A stretch of 61,481 nucleotides of DNA, counting the filler. It is 5 parts of 5 records of this genome, joined end to end, with 100 filler letters (N's around TTAATTAATTAA, not from the genome) between each part and the next. Parts side by side here need not be neighbours in the genome. Positions count along the whole stretch, not along the records: positions 53,734 to 61,481 come from SRR31156797_11522; 4 more parts are not named here. One strand, written 5' to 3'. Below are positions 56,403 through 61,481 of the stretch, piece by piece; within the stretch, counting starts at the first letter, position 1; each line of letters starts with the position of its first letter. Below the pieces are notes generated by a model. It ran no database searches. It was not told where the DNA came from and saw nothing but the letters and a program-made list of their open reading frames with translations. Both the position numbers and the translations under genes were made by a program.

Positions 56403-58466
56403 ATGCCAATTCAGATTCAAAAACGTGATGGTTGTATCGAAACATGGTCAACCAAACGCATCGGTGACGCCATTTTCAAAGCACTTAAAGGGAGCGGCAT
56501 CAAAGACCCGCTGCTCGCCAGCCGACTGGCTGGAAAAGTAGAAAAAAAGCTCGACGGCGTTGATGTTCCAGAACAGGAACAGGTGCAGGATACTGTACAG
56601 CAGGTGCTCATGGAAGCCCGCCTGTACAAGGTCGCCGAACGCTACATCATATACAGAGAAAAACGCAGGGAACTGCGCACACAGAATGAAGCTTATCTGG
56701 ACATTTCCGGTGTCACAGAAAGCTACCTCGACAATGTGGACTGGCGTGTGAGTGAAAACTCAAACATGGTTCACTCCTATCAGGGACTCATTCTGCACAT
56801 GGCTGGCGCGGTTCAAGCGCGCTACATGCTGGAGAAATACCCTGAAGAAGTCCGTATGGCCCACACTCACGGCTACTTCCACATCCACGACCTTTCCTTT
56901 GGTCTGGCCGGTTACTGCTCAGGATGGAGCTTGCGCGACCTGTTGCTGGAAGGCTTCAACCTGCGCGACCGTTGTTCATCCACACCGGCCAAGCACTTTG
57001 ATGCAGCCTGCGGACAAATCGTCAACTTCCTCGGCACCCTCCAGAACGAATGGGCCGGAGCTCAGGCGTTCAACAACGTGGATACCTACCTCGCTCCGTT
57101 CATCCGTTACGATGGACTGGACTACGAGACCGTGAAGCAGCAGATTCAGAAATTGCTGCACAACCTGAACGCCACGTCCCGCTGGGGCGGTCAAAGCCCG
57201 TTCACCAACTTTACCTTTGACTTTGTCCCACCGTCCCACATTGCCAACGAAGCAATCATTATCGGCGGCCAGTTGCAGGATTCCACCTACGGCGAATATG
57301 CCGAGGAAATGGCCATGATCAACAGGGCCTTCCTTGAAGTCATGCTCGAAGGCGATGCCGATGGCCGCATCTTCTCCTTCCCCATCCCCACGTACAACGT
57401 GACCAAGGACTTCCCCTGGGAATCCAAGGAAGGCAAGCTGCTCCTTCAGATGACCGCCAAGTATGGCGCGCCTTACTTCCAGAACTTCATCAACTCCGAC
57501 CTCAACCCGGAAGATGTTCGTTCCATGTGCTGCCGTCTGCAGATGGATCTGCGTGAAATCCGCAAAAAGACCGGCGGCCTGTTCGGTGCTGGCGATCTGA
57601 CCGGCTCCATCGGCGTTGTCACCTTGAATCTGGCAAAACTCGCTTATCTGGCACACAACGAAGAAGACTTCTTCGACCTCGTCAACGAGTATGCACATCT
57701 CGCCAGCGAGTCTTTGGAATTCAAACGCAAGGTCGTGGAAAAGAACCTGAACGCCGGAATGTTCCCGTTCTCCCGCCGCTACCTGAAAAACGGTTTCAAG
57801 GGCCACTTCTCGACCATCGGTCTCATCGGCGGCCATGAGGCGTGCATGAACCTGCTCGGCAAGGGCGTGAACACCGAATCCGGCTCCCGCCTGATGCAGC
57901 GCACCCTCAATCAGTTGCGCGGTCTGGTCGTCAAGTTCCAGGAAGAGACCGGCAACCTGTACAACCTTGAAGCGACACCCGGCGAAGGCACCTGCTACCG
58001 TCTGGCCAAGATCGACAAGGAGCTGTACTCCGATATCTACACCTCTGGTGGCGAGACTCCCTACTACACCAACTCCACGTTGCTGCCGGTGGGTTCCAGC
58101 TCGGATGTCTTCTTCGCCCTTGAGCATCAGGATAAATTGCAAACCCTGTACAATGGTGGCACGGTCTTCCACACCTTTCTCGGCGAAGCTGCTCCAGATG
58201 AAGAGAGCGTAAAGAACTTCCTGATCAAGGCCATGACCAAGACCAAGATTCCATACATCTCGGTTACACCCACGTTCTCAGTCTGCGAAGATCACGGGTA
58301 CATTTATGGCGAGCATTTCGAATGCCCCACTTGTAATAAAGAAACCGAGGTTTACACCCGTGTCGTCGGATACTACCGCCCTGTTGGTCGGTGGAACAAG
58401 GGCAAGCAGGAAGAATACAAGGAACGCCTTGAGTATTCGCAGCAAACGTTCTGCAAAACAGCCTAG
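56403..58466 (+). CDS. nrdD: Anaerobic (class III) ribonucleoside-triphosphate reductase with ATP cone
   Basis: IQKRDG ATP cone, HIHDL, YC, SMCCRL, YNLEATP.EG, CEDHG...CPTC, glycyl-radical motif TRVVGYYRP. Confidence 0.96.
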   Translation: MPIQIQKRDGCIETWSTKRIGDAIFKALKGSGIKDPLLASRLAGKVEKKLDGVDVPEQEQVQDTVQQVLMEARLYKVAERYIIYREKRRELRTQNEAYLDISGVTESYLDNVDWRVSENSNMVHSYQGLILHMAGAVQARYMLEKYPEEVRMAHTHGYFHIHDLSFGLAGYCSGWSLRDLLLEGFNLRDRCSSTPAKHFDAACGQIVNFLGTLQNEWAGAQAFNNVDTYLAPFIRYDGLDYETVKQQIQKLLHNLNATSRWGGQSPFTNFTFDFVPPSHIANEAIIIGGQLQDSTYGEYAEEMAMINRAFLEVMLEGDADGRIFSFPIPTYNVTKDFPWESKEGKLLLQMTAKYGAPYFQNFINSDLNPEDVRSMCCRLQMDLREIRKKTGGLFGAGDLTGSIGVVTLNLAKLAYLAHNEEDFFDLVNEYAHLASESLEFKRKVVEKNLNAGMFPFSRRYLKNGFKGHFSTIGLIGGHEACMNLLGKGVNTESGSRLMQRTLNQLRGLVVKFQEETGNLYNLEATPGEGTCYRLAKIDKELYSDIYTSGGETPYYTNSTLLPVGSSSDVFFALEHQDKLQTLYNGGTVFHTFLGEAAPDEESVKNFLIKAMTKTKIPYISVTPTFSVCEDHGYIYGEHFECPTCNKETEVYTRVVGYYRPVGRWNKGKQEEYKERLEYSQQTFCKTA

Positions 58467-58488
58467 CCCTCGACCATGAGGAGAGCCA

Positions 58489-58725
58489 ATGATTCTTGAC
58501 GCCAACCAGCTTATTGCAATCCGACAGCGCAACGATGAAGAAGTACGTAGAGGGAACCGAGGAACCCATGGCTATCCAGCCCACACGGTCCAAAACCTGC
58601 TGCATACAATCGAAGCGCTAAAAAAGGAAAAACGCAAATGGAAAAAGTTGGCACAAGCACGAGGCAAGGCTCTGCATGAAATAGGCGACATTGCGATGGA
58701 ATCAAATGGCTCTCACGAGTCCTAA
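58489..58725 (+). CDS. Small hypothetical protein co-transcribed with nrdD
   Basis: GAGGAG RBS, starts 22 nt after the nrdD stop, followed by a terminator; basic helical C-terminus. Confidence 0.75.
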   Translation: MILDANQLIAIRQRNDEEVRRGNRGTHGYPAHTVQNLLHTIEALKKEKRKWKKLAQARGKALHEIGDIAMESNGSHES

Positions 58726-58748
58726 ATTCTGTCCCAATATGCACACAT

Positions 58749-58783
58749 AAAGGCCTGCGGTCATATGATCGCAGGCCTTTTCT
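58749..58783. terminator. Intrinsic terminator (possibly bidirectional)
   Basis: AAAGGCCTGCG.TCA-ta-TGA.CGCAGGCCTTTT. Confidence 0.88.
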
Positions 58784-58800
58784 CATATAAAAGAATGTTT

Positions 58801-60591
58801 CTATTTGATGGGGATTGAAAAACAGAACCGACTCCCTTGTCCATGCTGGCTTTCAACCCAAATTTCACCACCATGATAACTGACTATTTCCCGAGAAATG
58901 GGAAGGCCAAGACCTGTGCCAGAAGGCTTGCCGCTTTTCCGAGTTTGTAGTTGACTAAATTTGCTAAAAATAATCTCATGCTGATCTTCAGGAACACCTA
59001 TCCCGGTATCAGCAACGCAAAACAGAAGGTCTTTATCCCGCATCGCCACGCCACAGGTAACAACGCCCTCGTGAGTGAACTTCACGGCATTGGAAATAAG
59101 ATTTATCAGCACCTGAAGCAACCTGTCAGAATCCCCAGTGAATGGAGGTAGATCTTTCTCCACGTCAACCACCAGATCAACTGCATCATCATGGAAGAGA
59201 GAATGAGTCGTCGTACGCGCCCGTTCAATCAATTCCTCTGAAACAATCCTGTCATTACGCCATTCGACTCGGCCCGATTCCAACTTCGACAAATCAAGAT
59301 GATCGTTGATCAATTCCGTCAACCGACCACTTTCAGACATAATGATACCAAGGTTGCCCCGGATACGTCCCGCCTGCTTCGTCAAACGCTCATCACCTTC
59401 TGCCAACGGCTCAAAATGATTCCTGACCGTCTTATCGATAAGCTTGGCAAATCCCTGTACCGAAGTCATGGGAGTCCGTAATTCGTGCGATACCATATCG
59501 AGGAATTCAGACATGAGACGGCTCGTGGTTTCAGCCATCTCCTTGGCTTCAAGCATGGCCTGTTCAGATTGCTTACGTGACGTTATATCCATGATGTTCT
59601 CAATAATCTGAATCAACTTCCCGTCTTCATCGAACACGGGATAAGCGTGAATTTCCACGTATGACACAGTGCCATCAGGGTTAATGTGATCATGCTGAAC
59701 AACCGCAGGTTTTTTCGTTTTCTTGACGACATGCACCGGACAAACATTCTCTCCACACGGCATGTCGCTGCCATGCAACAGCTTATGACAACAGACATCT
59801 TCCACCAAGCGTCCTTCAGAGGCCGCGGAGTTGGCAAGCTTGACGGTATAGTCTTCAATATCAATAACTACGAGCCCATGATTGATGGAATTAATGACTG
59901 AATTAAGGAAATCGCTCTTGGCACGACTTTCCTTTTCCGCCTTTATACGTTCCTTAATTTCACGCTCTAAAAAAAGATTGGTTGCAGCTAACTCGGCAGT
60001 CCGCTCTTCAACCCGCTGCTCCAATTCATCATGCGCCAGTCTCAACGCCTCTTCGGCTCTCTTGCGATCAGTAATGTCAAGCATGACACCGAGCAGCCCA
60101 GCTGTCTTTCCCGCCGTATCCTGAAATAAGGATTTCGTAAAAAATACCTCATGTATGGTACCATCGGCAGACTGCAACTGTGTTTCATATCGTTGTTCAC
60201 CACCCACAGCAAAAAGATCGTCGTCTGCTTTCTTGTATATTCCGGCAAATTCTCTCGGGGCCAAATCAAAAACCGTCTTGCCCACTATTTCATGCATTTC
60301 ACGTCCGAGCATCGTACGAAAAGCTTTGTTGCACCCAAGATATTCCCCCTTCGTATCTTTATAAAAAACAGGGCTCGGAATATTATCAATCAATGTTTGC
60401 AAAAAAAGATTCTTCGCGCGCTGCCGTCTTTCGTCTTCGCGCCTCCTTATAAAGCTCACGACAACAAATGTGATGGCAACGGCGAAACCCAATAAAAAGA
60501 GGTCAAAAACGATACTGTGATCAAACAAACTCAAACTCCATAGGTTCTTTGACGAGTCAACAGTATCGCAAAAAAAAACCAACATGCTCAA
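58801..60591 (-). CDS. PAS-PAS sensor histidine kinase
   Basis: One TM, two PAS/PAC domains (DITDRKRAE, DITSRKQSE), SHELRTP, NAVKFT, DTGIG, GTGLGL; start uncertain. Confidence 0.9.
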   Translation of the reverse strand: MSMLVFFCDTVDSSKNLWSLSLFDHSIVFDLFLLGFAVAITFVVVSFIRRREDERRQRAKNLFLQTLIDNIPSPVFYKDTKGEYLGCNKAFRTMLGREMHEIVGKTVFDLAPREFAGIYKKADDDLFAVGGEQRYETQLQSADGTIHEVFFTKSLFQDTAGKTAGLLGVMLDITDRKRAEEALRLAHDELEQRVEERTAELAATNLFLEREIKERIKAEKESRAKSDFLNSVINSINHGLVVIDIEDYTVKLANSAASEGRLVEDVCCHKLLHGSDMPCGENVCPVHVVKKTKKPAVVQHDHINPDGTVSYVEIHAYPVFDEDGKLIQIIENIMDITSRKQSEQAMLEAKEMAETTSRLMSEFLDMVSHELRTPMTSVQGFAKLIDKTVRNHFEPLAEGDERLTKQAGRIRGNLGIIMSESGRLTELINDHLDLSKLESGRVEWRNDRIVSEELIERARTTTHSLFHDDAVDLVVDVEKDLPPFTGDSDRLLQVLINLISNAVKFTHEGVVTCGVAMRDKDLLFCVADTGIGVPEDQHEIIFSKFSQLQTRKSGKPSGTGLGLPISREIVSYHGGEIWVESQHGQGSRFCFSIPIK

Positions 60592-60669
60592 TTATTAAAT
60601 GGCAAAAGACCGAGCATGCCTGCAAGCACACTCGGTGTAGTAACAAAGATGTCTATGACACGCAGTGAG

Positions 60670-61446
60670 CTATGGGCTCAAACGACTCAACAACTCCCCA
60701 ATATATCCATCCAAACGATCAACTTCCGGCAATGACAAAACGGAGGCATCCGTCATCTGTCGTCCCACCAATCCATCAAGCGGAGGAATGGAAAGCGACC
60801 ACTCCGGCAAACCATCCAAATCCGGTGGTTCACCTCCTGCGTATCGATTGAGGACCAAAGCCTGATTGGTCAATCCGAGATCAGAAGCCATGCGCCCCAC
60901 CTCGGCACCGGTCTGCAAACTCCGCATGGACGGCTCGGACACAATCACCAATCCATCCACGTGGGTCACGGTTCCACGTCCCAGATGTTCGACACCGGCT
61001 TCAAGATCCACCAGAACCCATTCGTCCCGATCCATAACAATATGCGCCAACAAAGCCTTCAACAACGCATTGGCGTCACAGGCACAACCGCCGCCCGCAT
61101 TGGTCACGGCACCCATAACGAGAAGCCGTTTGCGCCCCGGTGTCACGCCGGCAACCGGCTCTCCACCCAACGGCACATCCACGGCCAGTTCTTCAGGCAG
61201 ATCTCCGACGTCCGGGTTCAAATTCAGAAATCCCCCGGCATGAATACGTTCCCGCACCAAATCCTCTCGCTGAATGAGTGGCTGCGGTAACTGATCCAAT
61301 GCCATGCCAGAGGCCTGCCCCAACGACAACGCGGTATCCGCATCCACCAACCAGACATTCTTCCCGTTCCGGGCCAACCAGTCGGCAGTCCACGCTGCCA
61401 ACGAGGTCTTGCCAACCCCACCTTTCCCGGCAAAAGCTATTTTCAT
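60670..61446 (-). CDS. cooC: CO dehydrogenase nickel-insertion ATPase CooC/AcsF
   Basis: MKIAFAGKGGVGKT, GGGCAC metal motif, DLEAGVEHLGRG, VSEP. Confidence 0.88.
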   Translation of the reverse strand: MKIAFAGKGGVGKTSLAAWTADWLARNGKNVWLVDADTALSLGQASGMALDQLPQPLIQREDLVRERIHAGGFLNLNPDVGDLPEELAVDVPLGGEPVAGVTPGRKRLLVMGAVTNAGGGCACDANALLKALLAHIVMDRDEWVLVDLEAGVEHLGRGTVTHVDGLVIVSEPSMRSLQTGAEVGRMASDLGLTNQALVLNRYAGGEPPDLDGLPEWSLSIPPLDGLVGRQMTDASVLSLPEVDRLDGYIGELLSRLSP

Positions 61447-61453
61447 GAATGTG

Positions 61454-61481
61454 CCTCCGGCGGCTTAAGAACCTTTTGGAA
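61454..61481 (+). repeat. Desulfovibrionaceae REP-like repeat (truncated at window end)
   Basis: GCCTCCGGCGGCTTAAGAACCTTTTGGAA, same family as 28280-28329. Confidence 0.7.

Noticed and set aside
55978-56541. ORFs 55978-56259 and 56284-56541
   Set aside because: They overlap the cobalamin riboswitch and the nrdD leader/start; no coding features
56976-58172. 398-aa antisense ORF over nrdD
   Set aside because: Same antisense shadow effect; fully nested opposite a conserved gene
19489-61446. Apparent nickel module linking nikR and cooC
   Set aside because: The genes are on different contigs separated by linkers

Overview
The window is not one locus. It is five unrelated contig pieces joined by artificial 100-nt linkers (N44-TTAATTAATTAA-N44) at 13700-13799, 28330-28429, 47947-48046 and 53634-53733. 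Taxonomic labels below are inferred from gene content and composition. (1) 1-13699, AT-rich, Bacteroidota-like: rmuC, a PAS histidine kinase, a GT2, a SPOR protein, two LPG-synthase-TM proteins, rsmA, mgtE, a lipoprotein and a thioredoxin/TPR gene broken by one in-frame stop. It also holds an unexplained non-coding array of palindromes with a 41-42 bp period (11710-12071). (2) 13800-28329, Desulfovibrionaceae-like: FAD oxidoreductase, Rrf2 regulator, DUF1499, rhodanese, secreted agmatine/peptidylarginine deiminase, methyltransferase-nikR-folE2, gcvH-gcvPA-gcvPB-lpdA, a solute-binding protein, a hypothetical and an MBL hydrolase. Both ends lie in a REP-like repeat. (3) 28430-47946, Clostridia-like: DAK2 (partial), asp23, ROK kinase, hprK, HAD, ackA, tmcAL, a DUF1801-SfsA fusion, a Ca/Na antiporter, a CPBP protease, and glnA(partial)-ANTAR regulator-gltB-gltD-dapF-dapL with a candidate ANTAR-controlled terminator. 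(4) 48047-53633, a defence-island-like piece: a 1076-aa MazG-like pyrophosphatase/PLD nuclease/SF2 helicase fusion, an AAA-DUF4143 ATPase and a fragment resembling the DNA-phosphorothioation-associated methyltransferase. (5) 53734-61481, Desulfovibrionaceae-like: SulP (partial), an AT-rich HNH-like gene, cobalamin riboswitch-nrdD-small ORF, a PAS histidine kinase and cooC. The best candidates for new biology are the MazG-PLD-helicase fusion and the phased palindrome array. All family assignments come from reading motifs; no database search was run.
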